Assembly: GCF_035594765.1 (NCBI RefSeq) | Contig: NC_085844.1 | Location: forward strand, 136,028,622 to 136,092,621 | DNA from: Anolis carolinensis | Lineage: Eukaryota | Direction: 5' to 3' | DNA: 64,000 nt | Shown: positions 34,701 to 46,883 of the stretch, piece after piece | Numbering within the stretch: position 1 is the first letter of the stretch | Layout: every line of letters starts with the position of its first letter | Position numbers and translations under genes: made by a program | Notes under the pieces: model-generated | Told to the model about the DNA's origin: nothing | The model's input: the letters and a program-made list of their open reading frames with translations, nothing else | Databases searched by the model: none

Positions 34701-36529
34701 TTTATAACTGATGTTTTAATTATGTTTTTAATTGTATTGTTTTTATAACCTTTTGTCATCTAATGATAGCTGGTTGTGACGCCGCCCTGAGTCCCCCCCC
34801 CCCCCCCGGGGTGTGTGTGAGAAGGGCGGAATAAAAATGTATGAAATAAATAAAATAAATATTCCTTGCACTTAAAGTGCATAGATATCTACTATAAAAC
34901 ACAGAAAATATTTTTTTTAAACTGGTTTGCATTAAGGTACTTTTTTTGGCCTCTCGGAACAGAACTCAATAGCTATGTATCCACATAATCCAAATTAATA
35001 TATAGTTGATTCTTCTTGCGTTTCTTAATATCACTTTTTATGTATAAATCTAACAAATTAGAAAAGCTAATTAGAAACCAAGTTTTGCACACCCCTTGTA
35101 ATCAGCCTGCATAATGCCGCCTTGAATCCCCTTGGGTGAGAAAGGCGGGGCAGAAATGTTGCAAATAATGCAGGAAAAGGCCTACTCCTCTTGGCCTATG
35201 ACATAGCTTTCTGAATTGTGAGTCGTAACATGTTAATGTGTCAGCTTCGGCATGTAGGTATGTTGTGTGAACATATGGAGAAATCTCTAAGTTTACGTAA
35301 CATAAGTGAACACATCATATAGTGTTGTCGAAGGCTTTCATGGCCGAAATCACTGGGTTGCTGAGAGTTTTCTGGGCTGTATGGCCATGTTCCAAAAGCA
35401 TTCTCTCCTGACGTTTCGCCCATGCCTGTGGGAGGTATCCTCAGAGATTGTGAGATCTGTTGAAAACTAGGCAAGTGGGGTTTATATATCTACGTAATGT
35501 CCAGGGTGGAAGAAAGAACTCTTGTCTGCTTGAGGCAGGTGTGAATGTTGCAACTGGCCACTTTGATTAGCATTTAAAAACAATAAAATCAGGACATTAA
35601 ATAAAGCATAACACTCAAAAACAGGGCAATCCCAGACAAGAAACAATCAGGGCCAGTTAAAACCTTCTAGCAAAGGATTCCCCCAGGCAGAAGCTGCAAG
35701 GCTTTTCAATGCTAATAAAGGTGGCCAATTGGAACATTCACACTTTTCTCAAACAGACAAAGAGTTCTTTCTCCCACTCTGAACATTTCACACATATATA
35801 CCCACTTGCCTAGTTTCCAACTGACCTCACAACCTCTGAAGATGCCTGTCTTAGATGTAGGTGAAACATCAGGAGAGAATGCTTCTGGAACATGACTATA
35901 CAACCCAGAAAACTAACAACAATTCACATCATGTAGTGTTAAAAATATAAATGAAAGGTGTCAATGAAATATGTTTTCCATCTCCATACATTTTGTTATT
36001 ACAATTTATATATGTGCTTGTATCTCTTATAAGGGGTGGGTTTAATTTCTGGTTCGCTAATAAAACTGAACAACAGTGTCGCAAAACGATGCAGGTCAAA
36101 AAAGTGTGTCACTAACATGAAATGTTTGGAAAGCTCTGGCCGAAGAGCAGCCAGGGAACAACCCTGGGGCCTTGTGGAGATTTGAACCCAGTCCTCCCCA
36201 GCTTGTTGCCCTACACTTGCTTCTCAACAGACTGAATTCTGACCTAGGTTTTGAATCTACTGTTAACACTGGTTTCTTCCTACCTGGAGCCCTCCTTCAG
36301 CCAAAGGGGCCTGGGCAACGTGGCAGGCCAACTTCGCGCCCTCGCCTCCAGCCCTCCCATGACTGCCCCTCTATGAGGTTGAATGCCCCCTCTCTTTTCT
36401 GACCCCGACCTAAAAAAGAAGCAGGGCGGGACTGGAGTCCTCCTCAGCGCCAGAAAGGGAGAAGGGCCACGAGAGCGCCTTAACCTTCAACGGCCATCTC
36501 CACCCGCCTCGTACCTTATCGTCCGCCAT
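31800..36529 (-). CDS. SLC35A4: SLC35A4 upstream-ORF microprotein (SLC35A4-MP / AltSLC35A4), 103 aa, 3 exons
   Basis: Exons 36515-36529 (MADDK), 32269-32367 (DSVPKLKDLAFLKDQLENLKQRVENEVQAGVGQ) and 31800-31997 (EGSLLASPFLKGFLAGYVVAKLRSSAVLGFFVGTCTGVYAAQTYAVPNVEKTIKDYFNSFRKGPD*). All junctions are phase 0 GT-AG. Closely resembles the human SLC35A4 uORF product as I recall it. Confidence 0.93.
35322..35925. mobile_element. Penelope-like element remnant with inverted pseudo-LTRs
   Basis: ~35357-35455 and ~35824-35920 are inverted copies; each carries CTGA(A/G)GA...GAAAC hammerhead-core motifs. Confidence 0.7.
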
Positions 36530-36700
36530 CTTCCTTGCCCAAAACTACTCCGCCGCCGTTTGCGCATGCGCACTCTAAACTCAAACCCTACAGACATGCG
36601 CAAACCGGTCCAGCGTCTGGTTATTTCAGCCTCTTCTCCCCTCCTCCGTTTCTTGAAGTGGAAACACCCAATTAAAGCAGTGGGGGGCGGGGCCTGGGCG
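36520..36700 (-). promoter_or_regulatory. SLC35A4 CpG-rich promoter: YY1, NRF1, CCAAT and GC box
   Basis: CCGCCATCTT at 36523-36532 overlapping the uORF ATG; perfect TGCGCATGCGCA at 36561-36572; GGGGCGGGGC at ~36684-36693. Confidence 0.75.
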
Positions 36701-37759
36701 GCGCTGCTATCAGCTAAGCCTCCAAGCTTTTGAACTTCAACTCCCAGAATTCCTTACAACAGGCCACGCTAGCCGGGGCTTCTGGGAGTTGGAGTCCTCC
36801 AAACTCCGCAGCTCAAATGTACTGAAAGAGAAGATAGGAATCCGCGCATTTTCTCACCTCAGACACCACTTTAACTTTTGAGGACTGACATATTTTCAAA
36901 TTGGCCCCATAAGGATGGAAGTCACGCTGTATTTGTCTCTGTTTGGATTCTTTCTACTTTAGCCGCAGTTAGGGACTCTTGGAGCCCGAAAAGCATAATC
37001 TCGCCTCGCTCATTGCGACCAAAGCCGGGTGCCATCTTGGTCGCGGGACGTCAGGCTGGAAGGTCTGCGCATGCTCAGACCTCATCCATGTCCCCAGAGC
37101 ATCTCTTTCGTTTCAATGACGCAAGAAGATGCAATTACTTTGCGGGAGGGATTGGGGGAAATGGGGGTGGGGGGGGTGGGGGTGGCGGTGTCAACAGCAT
37201 GTCGCATCTACTTTATGTGAAACTATCACCCAGAATATCAAAGTAGAAAATCCCAGTTCAAAGGAGATATTGTGGGATATACTGCCTTGATATTCTGGGA
37301 TATAGGGCTGTGAGGAAGGGCCCAGAGACACAGGATTTTGAAGTGTCCTCTTGCTTCATGAATTGCTGGAAGAAATTTATCCATATGGACAAAGGAAAGG
37401 GTCCTTCCACACAGCCCTCTATCCCAGAATATCAAGGCAGAAAGTCCTACATTATCTGCTTTGAATTGGATTATCTGAGTCCACATTCAGATAATGTGGG
37501 ATTTTCTGCCCTGATGATTTGGGATAAAAGGCTGTGTGGAAGTGCCTAAAGACTATTTTAAATCTCTCATAAAAGGACATTATGTGAGTTGGTGCAACTG
37601 AGCACACTGTACATATGCTGTTCTGGGTTTAAGAAGAATAAACCACTTGTTCTTTAGTGTTCACCTGCGTGGCACATATCTTCTTTCTCTGGCAAGGCAG
37701 TGTGTGGACTACACATTTTGATTTTTCATTACGTCGCAACAGTGGCCCTCTGATGTCAT

Positions 37760-37980
37760 TGGGAAAGAAAGATGACATTGGGAAAGAAAGATGAGAAGAA
37801 GGGACGAAAGCAAGGGAAAGAAAGGAAAGGAGAAGGAAGGAAGGGAGAAAAAAAGGAGAGAATGAAGGAAAAGAAAGGAAAGAGGGAAAGCTACAAGGGA
37901 AAGAAACGAATGAAAAATAATGAAAGGAAGAGGAAAACGGGAAAGAAGGACAGGAAAAGAAAGGAAGGAAGAAATGGGTG
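37760..37980 (+). repeat. Purine-rich (GAAA/GGAA) low-complexity tract
   Basis: Almost all A/G on the + strand. Confidence 0.85.
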
Positions 37981-38904
37981 AAGGTATATGAGGGAAAGCA
38001 TGGGACAGATGAAATTGTAGGGGAGAGTGTATGGGTGCATCTATTTGATACCAGACATGGACAAACTTTGGCCCTCCAGGTTTTTTGGACTTCAACTTCC
38101 ACAATTCCTAACAGCCGGTATGCTGTTAGGAATTGTAGGAGTTAAAATCCAAAACACCTGGAGGGCTAAAGTTTGCCCATGTCTCATCTACACTGTAGTT
38201 CTACACCACTTTAACTGCCATGGCTTAGTGTTATGGAATCCTGAGATTTGTCGTTCGAAGAGGCGCTGGCACTTTTTGCCAAAGAAGGCTAAAGACCCGG
38301 GAAAACCAGAATTAATAGCATCGAGCCTTTGCAGTTAAAGTGATGTTGAATTGTGTTAATTCTACAGTGTAGAGACACCCTGTGTGAACTTGAAATCCAT
38401 TTAAGAGCACCTAATAACCATCTAGGGCATGGTTGTGATGGGGCCATCCTCCTTGGTTTTGTGTGAGTTTCCTTATTGGTCAGTCTTGTCAGATTCAGTG
38501 AGACTTACTCTGGGGAAACCTCCTTGGAACTGGGTCAGCCCAGTGCTATCTTAACACATGGGTACATTAGGCAGCTGCCCAAGGGTCCCACAAACCCATG
38601 CACCAACCAGAAACTTAAGACTTAGGGACACTCTTAGTCTGAAACAACTTGAAGGCACACAATAACAACAATCCTAATTAACTTGACTAAAGTAGGCCCA
38701 AATTTCTCATTGAAATACTGGCAAATTTATGTTGGTTAAAATTGTTCTTCATTTTAAACATTGTACTGTTCTTCCATTTTTTTTTTTTGGACTACAAATA
38801 AGATATGTGCAATGTGCATAGAAATTAGTATATTTTTTTCAAACTATAGTTTGCTCCCTCAACAGCCTCAGGGACTGTGAACTAGCCCTCCACTTAAAAG
38901 GTTT

Positions 38905-39139
38905 AGGTAAAGGTAAAGGTTTTCTCCTGACAATAAGTCCAGTCATGTCCGACTCTGGGGGTTGGTGCTCATCTCCATTTCTGAGCCGAAGAGCTGGCAT
39001 TGTCCGTAGACATCTCCAAGGTCATGTGGCCGGCATGACTGCATGGAGCACCGTTACCTTTCCACCGGAGTGGTACCTATTGATCTCACATTTGCATGTT
39101 TTCGAACTGCTAGGTTGGCAGAAGCTGGAGCTAACAGCA
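38905..39139 (-). mobile_element. Sauria SINE (5'-truncated)
   Basis: (AAAGGT)n tail and core. Confidence 0.85.
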
Positions 39140-39585
39140 GGTTTGGCCCAGAGACATCTCTAGTGGGATTCACATAGCTTTCTGGATGTAGCTGAACGTT
39201 AAACTCCAATCATCCTTTGTCAGCCTCACCAAACCCCGCAGTTGTTTTAAATCAGATTATGATGGTTATGTGTGCCATTTGGTTCAGATTCATCAAAACA
39301 TTTAGGAGCCTTTGTGGATCAAACATATACCATTTGACTTTTATATTTACAGTTTTATTGATAATCTCCTTTTTTATTCCTGAGCATGGTTGTATAGGAA
39401 TGATCCAGCACACTGCTTTGCCTGGGGGCTTATCAGAAAGCCTTGGACTAGAATCACAGTACCTGTTATCAGGGGCACAGTTGCTTTGGCTTGAACCACA
39501 CAGGGAGGGAGCGGGCTGTGGAGAGAGGAAGCGTACTTGTCTCTTGCCAACCTCCGGGCCCTCAGCTTGACTTAGAGCCCTCTGA

Positions 39586-41420
39586 ATCATAGAATAATAA
39601 CAGAGTTAAAAGAGACCTCATGGGCCATCTAGTCCAATTCCCTTTCATGCAGGAAAATTACATTCAAAGCACCCCTGACAGATGGCCATCCAGCCTCTGG
39701 TTAAAAGCTTCCAAAGAAGGAGCCTCCACCATACTCCGGGGCAGAGAGTTCCATTGCTGATCAGCTCTCACAGTTAGGAATTTTTTCTAATGTTCAGGTG
39801 GAATCTCCTTTCCTGTAATTTAAACCCAGTGCTCCGAGGCCCAGAATCTGTTGTTTATTCATTCAGTCGCTTTTGACTCAGTGACCTATTGGGCCAACCC
39901 ATGCCAGAGCTCCCTGTCGGCCAACACCACACCCAGCTCCTTCAAGGTCAAGCCAGTCACTTCAAGGGTACCATCCACCCATCTCAGGCCCTCTTCCTTT
40001 TTCCTTCAATTATCCTCAGCATCATTCTCTTCTCCAAGCTGTCCTGTCTTCTCATTATGTGGCCAAAGTACTTCATCTTTGTCTCAAATATCCTTCCCTC
40101 AAGTGATCAGTCGGGCATTATTTCCTGGAGGATGGACTGGTTGGATCTTCTTGTGGTCCAAGGCACTCTCTGAATTTTCTTCCAACACCACAGTTCAAAA
40201 GCGTCTATCTTCCTTCGCTCAGCCTTCCTTATGGTCCAGCTCTCGTATCCATAGGTTACTACGGGAAATACAATTGCTTTAACTGTGCGGACCTTCGTTG
40301 CCTGTGTGATGTCTCTATTCTTCACTATTTTATCAAGGTTGGTCATTGTTCTCCTCCCAAGAAGTAAAAGTCTTCTAATTTTCTGGCTGCAGTCTGCGTC
40401 TGCAGTCACCTTCACACCTAGAAATACAAAATCTGTCACTGCCTTCACGTTTTCTCCCTCTGTTTGCCAGTTATTAATCAGTCTGGTTGCAATAATCTTG
40501 GTTTTCTTGATGTTTAACTGCAACCCAGCTTTTGCACTTTCTTCTTTCACCTTGGTGATAAGGCTCCTCAGCTCCTCCTCACTTTCAGCCATCAAAGCGG
40601 TATCATCTGCATATCTAAGGTTGTTAATGTTTCTTCCAGCAATTTTAACTCCAGCCTTGGATTCATCAAGCCCCACACGTCGCATGATGTGTTCTGCATA
40701 CAAGTTGAATAGGTAGGGTGAAAGTATGCATACTCCTTTCCCAATCTTGAACCAGTATGTTGTTCCGTGGTCTGTTCTTACTGTTGCTACTTGGTTGTTA
40801 TACAGATTCTGCAGGAGATAGACAAGGTGGCTTGGTATCCCCATATCACCAAGAACATGCCACAATTTATCCACACAATCAAAGTCTTTAGTATAGTCAA
40901 TAAAACAGGAATAGATGTTTTTTCTGAAACTCCCTGCCTTCCTTCACTATCCAGCGGATATTGGCAATTTGGTCGCTCGTTCCTCTGCCTTTTCTAAACC
41001 CAGCTTGGACATCTGGCAACTCTTGCTCCATGTATTGCTGGAGTCTACCTTGCAGGATCTTGAGCATTACCTTACTGGCATGTGAAGTAAGTACCACTGT
41101 ACGCAAGTTTGAGCTTTCTTTAGAATCTAGGACCAGAGAAAACAAGTCTGTTTCTTATGAGATCCATTCAAATATTTAAACATGCCCATCATGCCTCTTC
41201 TCAACCTTCTCTTCTGCAGGCTAAACATGTCCATCTGTTTAGGCCACTCCTCATAGGGATTTATGGTCTCCAGACCTTTGATCCTTTTGATCACCCTTCT
41301 CTGGACACCTTCCAGCTGGTCAATATCCTTGAATTGTGATGCCCAGAACTGGACACAATGTTATTCTAGGTGAGGTTTGACCAAAGCAGAATAGAGGAGC
41401 ACCATGTCTCTTGTTGATCT
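39586..41420 (-). mobile_element. CR1 LINE 3' fragment interrupted by an RTE/BovB insertion
   Basis: 39586-39850 and 41122-41420 align colinearly with the CR1 at 49528-50183. Confidence 0.8.
39851..41110 (-). mobile_element. RTE-clade (BovB-like) LINE, 5'-truncated reverse transcriptase fragment
   Basis: ORFs 40107-40874 and 40897-41145 with SHASKVMLKILQ, QAGFRKGRGT, LSPYLFNLYAE, NLRYADD, IDAFELWCW; frameshifted. Confidence 0.9.
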
Positions 41421-41449
41421 GGAAAGGCATCTACATAAGGGCCCACTAG

Positions 41450-41594
41450 ATTGGGGGGGGGGGGGGGGGAGGAGGGGGCGGCCCTGGTCGCCTGACGACA
41501 CCGCTCTGGCCCCGCCCCTCCCTCCCTCCTGACTCCGCCCCTTCTCCTTCCTTGCTGCCGCTTTGGGTGGCTCGCCTCCGGATCGAACGGAGCC
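41450..41594 (+). promoter_or_regulatory. APBB3 GC-rich promoter and 5'UTR
   Basis: CpG-rich, GC boxes (GGCCCCGCCCC ~41507, CTCCGCCCC ~41533) directly upstream of gccATG. Confidence 0.65.
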
Positions 41595-44500
41595 ATGCTG
41601 GGCAAGGACTATATGCTGGCCATCATCCTGGTCAACTGCGATGGTGAGGATGGGGTACAGATGGGAAGGGGGAGGAAGAAGAGAGGTGGGCTGTCTCAAC
41701 GGCTCAGCGTGAAGGGATGTTTGGGTGTCCTTCTTCGACACCCCCCCCCCCCCCCCCGCAATTGGAGAGGAGTGAGTTTTCAATGCCTGGCAAAGAAGGG
41801 GCTGGAGGCGCCTTCCCGCGTTGTAAACAAACCCGCAGCCATAGACTGAGAGCTGACCAGGACCAGGCCGCTGTCCAGGGTGCTGAAGGGAGAGACGCGC
41901 TGTTCTCGGCATAAAGTTGGCTCCGGTTATTATTCAATAGCAGTGAGTCTCGCTTAGAGTCAGTATCCATTCTCCTAAAGATCCCGTTATGAATTTGGGA
42001 GCTAAGCAGGGTCGGCCCTGGCTAGTGCTAGGATGGGAGAACACCAAGCAATGCCAACTGCTACATTTCAGACAGAGGAAGGGACTGACAAACCCACCTC
42101 TTTAGTATTTATTTCCCCTATGAAATTAATGATGTTGCTATAAGTCACCAGGGATTTGAAGGCACAGCCGCACAAACACAAACTCCTAGAGCAGACATGC
42201 GCAAACTTCAGCCCTCCAGATGTTTTGGACTTCAATTCCCACAATTCCTAACATCCGGTAGAGTTGAGGCTCAAAATACCTGGAGGGCCGAAGTTTGTCC
42301 ATGCCTGCTCTAGAGTCTGTTTCCACCAAAGCCACAGACTGGAGAGTCTTCAATTTTAATATTAACATATACAGTAGAGTCTCACTTATCCAAGCTAAAC
42401 GGGCCGGCAGAACCTTGGATAAGCGAATATCTTGGATAATAAGGAGGGATTAAGGAAAAGGCTATTAAACATCAAATTAGGTTATGATTTTACAAATTAA
42501 GCACAAAACATCATGTTATACAACAAAATTGACAGAAAAAGTAGTTCAATATGCAGTAATGTTATGTTGTAATTACTGTATTTACGAATTTAGCACCAAA
42601 ATATCATGATATATTGAAAACATTGACTACAAAAATGCCTTGTATAATCCAGAACCTTGGATAAGCGAGTCTTGGATAAGTGAGACTCTACTGTATTAAG
42701 ATGTAGACTCGAAGGCACAGACGAGTCTTTTCATCAAGCAACAGTTGCTTGATTTCAGGAAACATTTCTAGCTTTCCCCCCCACCAAAATATATTTGAAG
42801 TAGATTAAACATCTAAGTCTGCATAGCTGGCAGCTTGAGAATCTTGTACGCTTCCAGGAAAAGCAGCCTCTATGACAACTTGCCTGTTTTCGTAGAACAT
42901 ATTTCCTTGTAGATGTGCTGAGGACCTTGATTTAAACACCCATTTTCATGTATTCTAGTGGCCACTGACGGTCACCCAGGGGACGGAGTTTGTTGCACCG
43001 ATTGACCCCTTCATGGTTGGTTGCGCTTAACAAAACATCACCCTCTTGGAGCATGTGAGCTCAGGCGGCACCCATATCTGTGTATAGGCATTGCATGCAT
43101 AGCATATATCCAGTCTCAAAGAGAGCTGTATGGTTATTCTGCCAAATACCTGTGTTCCTTTTAACCAGGAAAGCATTTCATTTGCATGAGAAATTATTAT
43201 TTGTTCGGATCGGACACAATGCCAACTTGGTCATATATGTCATTGCTTCTTGAACTGTGGGTCCTGCCCCCAAATGAGACCTCCCCCCCCCCCAAGCTCA
43301 GTGTTGGGGTCATGAAAAAATGGACAACAGCCAAACAGATTTCTGAACATACAGCGTTTACAGTGGACTCTGCAGAAGAGGCTTCAGCTGTACTTCATAA
43401 AAAGCAATATCAGCCTGTTGAGCAAGCCTTGCAAATGCTGGCTTATTTTCAGTAAATGTTTGATTTTATACCTATTTTATCTACCTATATGTCGAGGGTC
43501 ACAAAAAATTTCTCAGACAGCAAGAAAGGTTTAAGAAGCCTTGATCTATGTACTAATCTAATCCTAAATGTACCTAGCAATCAAGGATTTGTTTTTTTTA
43601 CACTTTACGCCTTTTAAATTTATTTCCAAGTCTCCATGTTGACACTGAGAATTTCGGTAGGTCAGATACATACATGTTTCTTCCAGGTCATCAAGAGATT
43701 CTTCTAATGGCAATGAATGTGAAATCTTGTCATAATTCTTCTATTCCTGTGAAGCAGAGATTTCTATATAATGGAATGTGAGACCTACTGATATTGATTT
43801 CCTAGTGTTTTGTTTGAGAAGGAGGAAAATCTGTCAGACTGTTTGCTGTGGGTCCACAGGCTCTTTTTACCTACTTGCAAAAACAGTCTAGTGTCTCTGT
43901 GTGTGTGTGCATTTATTTCACTTATTTAAAAGGGTTTTACCTTGCCTTTCAGACAGTGAAACTCCCACTGTGTTTACAGGAAACTGTGTAAATCACACAG
44001 ACATCATATTCAATCATATTTTGTTTATGTATCTTGAAAATGTGCTCTCTACCCTGCCCAGGACAATTAATAGTGAAGAATAGTAAAATGTAATAAAAAT
44101 ATACACAGTGAAACTAATGTATCCTTGCAGAATGAAAAAATCCAGCAGAGCAATGCAGCAGTTAAAACGAGGTGTAAATTAAACTGGAAAAGCAAGGCCA
44201 ATAAAAATATATTGGTTTGATGCTAAAAGGGCAGCCAACTTCCATAACCGTAGTGTTGCAACTGAGAAGGCCCAGTCTTCTAATTATAGTTAGCATGCAG
44301 TTAGGTAAATGGGTTTTTTTTATTTGATGATCCTTGTAATGGAAAATTTCTCTGAATTTCCAATATTTATGAATATTGAAGTATCTTATTAGAATAATAA
44401 AGTTGGAAGAGACTACATGGGCCATCTAGTCCAACCCCCTGCCATGCAGGAAAAGGACGATCAACGACTTAAAGAGAATGTATTAAAGACTTCCACATGA

Positions 44501-46835
44501 CATCCCAGATTTTTGTACCCCTTTGCTTCTTTTTTTCTATAGTAAATATTTCAAAATGTCTTTGTTTATTCAAATAAAAATAAGGAAGAATTACTAACAC
44601 GCTCCCTCCTAGTCCAAGCACTTGGGAGGAATATGTTAAAGTCTGGATATGGTATATATCCCCACTTTGCTGGAGCCTGTTCTAGCCAGATTAATCCCAT
44701 CTGTGAAAGCTGCATTTCCTTGATTAAATTCTCAGAGTTGGCACAAGTATAATAGTTTATTGGTTTGCGGAGGTTGGGAGAAGGAAGGTTAACACATTTT
44801 TCCTCTTCTCTGCAATTTAATGACGTATTTCAACTGTGGGGGTTTTAGTAGGAAAGTAAAATAGGGAGTTCTGGTGCATGAAATTCACCCATTTTGCCAA
44901 GGTTTTACAAGGAATCATCCTATTCCTGGTTATTAATCATATGTGAAACAAGAGAGACATAAAATATCTCATTACATTTTTTCCTATTTGACCGCAGCCT
45001 GAATTTGCCCAGAGCAGTAATGACAGAAAAGTGACACAGTGCCTAACTTGTTACCCACTTGACATTTGACAACGAATGTTCCCAGCAACTGCTAGATCCT
45101 AATATTATTATTCCATGGTTATTTTATTCATTTATAGTTTAACTTTTCCCCTAATCTGTTTGGATCCAAGATTCTTTATACATTATTAAAACCATTATAG
45201 GTTCACCTTATGGTTGTCATAAGTTGGAAACTTGAAGGCACACAACAACAACAACCAGATTAAAACATACAGAAATCACTTAAATGTGTGTACTATTCAA
45301 AAACAATTAAACAATCTAATGAAAACATTGAAGCTTAAAATTCATTCAACTATAGAATACAAAAACAGCAAGATGGCTCACCAGTAAAAGACCATCACAC
45401 TTTAGGCCTAAAAACCCGATGGTGAAATGAAGTTTTCACTCCTCAGTGGAAGAAGAGCAAGGAGGAAGCCATTCTAGGGCCCTTCCACACAACCATATAG
45501 CCCTGAATAGCAAGGCAGAAAATCCCTTAATATCTGCTTTGAACTGGGTTATCTGAGTCCACACTGCCTTATATTCAAAGCAGAAAATGTGGAAAGCAGC
45601 TGTGTGGAAGGGGGCCTAGTTTTCCTAGGGAAGGATTTCCATAGTATGGGAGCAACCATTGAGAAGGTCACCTCCCTTTTCCCCACAAAATGAGCCTGAG
45701 AAGGTAATAGGACAGAGAAAACCCCCACTCCTAAAGACCTGCTTTAACATGCTTATTTCAGGAGCAACCTTCAGATAGTCTGGACCTGACTTGTATAGTA
45801 GCATGCATACAGAACTGGGATTCTTCCAGTGATTTTTATCATCTGGTTTACTCACAACCTGTTGTGCAAAACTGTGATACCTTGGGTGGACGAAATATGG
45901 GAGATAACCTGTAAATCTTTACACCACCTCCATAACATTTAATGTGAGCTGAGTTATCTGCATATATACAATTAGGACAGATTGAAAAGACCCATCTACC
46001 CTTTTTGTTTTCATGAGAAGGATCCTTTGACTCTGAGCAGGACCTAGTGGCACAGCCATTTACACACATTGGCTCTGATTCACCCCAACACCTTTGATTT
46101 CATCCAAAATCAACAATGCTAGCCTTTGAGGTTTGAGAATTTATTGAAAAAGCACATATCATTTTGGGGAAAAAATCTTGTTTGGTTTTTGGAAGTCTTT
46201 AAAGGTGCAGGTCCCTGTATTCTCCCTTGGCGTAAAACACTATTTCTCTATCTTTTAAAGTTTCTAGTTTACAGCTGCCACTTCTGTCTGCAATCTTTTA
46301 AAAGTCACATTTTTCTCAACACAAATATTTGGTTCATATGACAAATGCAGGTAAAGCAATAAATATTCATGTCTACTTAGTTAAAGCTCTCTGAGTGTGA
46401 AGTATGAATTTGGAGTACCATCCAAAGTTAGTGAATTTTCAGGTGCAGAATTCATGTTATCGTGGATTAAATTATCAGATATCTTCATAAGAACAGCAGA
46501 AGTAGTTATATGACAGGATTTACTAGAATATTTTCACATATTGAGTCTCTTATTGTGTTGACTAATATTAAAGACTCAAGAAAGTGGTAATGCTGTCTCT
46601 CTATTTGCTATCAATAGTCTCTCCTTTATAATCTCCAAGTACCACAACAGATAAAATTGAATTTATAACTACTTCATTGGCACTTCCTTTTTCTTCTTCT
46701 TCTGCTTTCAAAAAACTGTCATTTTTCAAAGATGTATTCTTTTGATTTAAAGATGTATTCTTTTGATTCTTAAGAGTACTTCAATGTTGCTCTTCTGCAT
46801 CATTGTAGAGAACAGGGATGCATCTGCACTGTAAA

Positions 46836-46883
<48 letters not shown>

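Noticed and set aside
37629-38104. Long F/S/P-rich and K/E/R-rich ORFs
   Set aside because: Artefacts of the purine-rich low-complexity tract and a MITE.
41361-41970. GC-rich overlapping ORFs around APBB3 exon 1
   Set aside because: Stop-poor CpG-island sequence; only the 49-nt coding part of exon 1 is supported.
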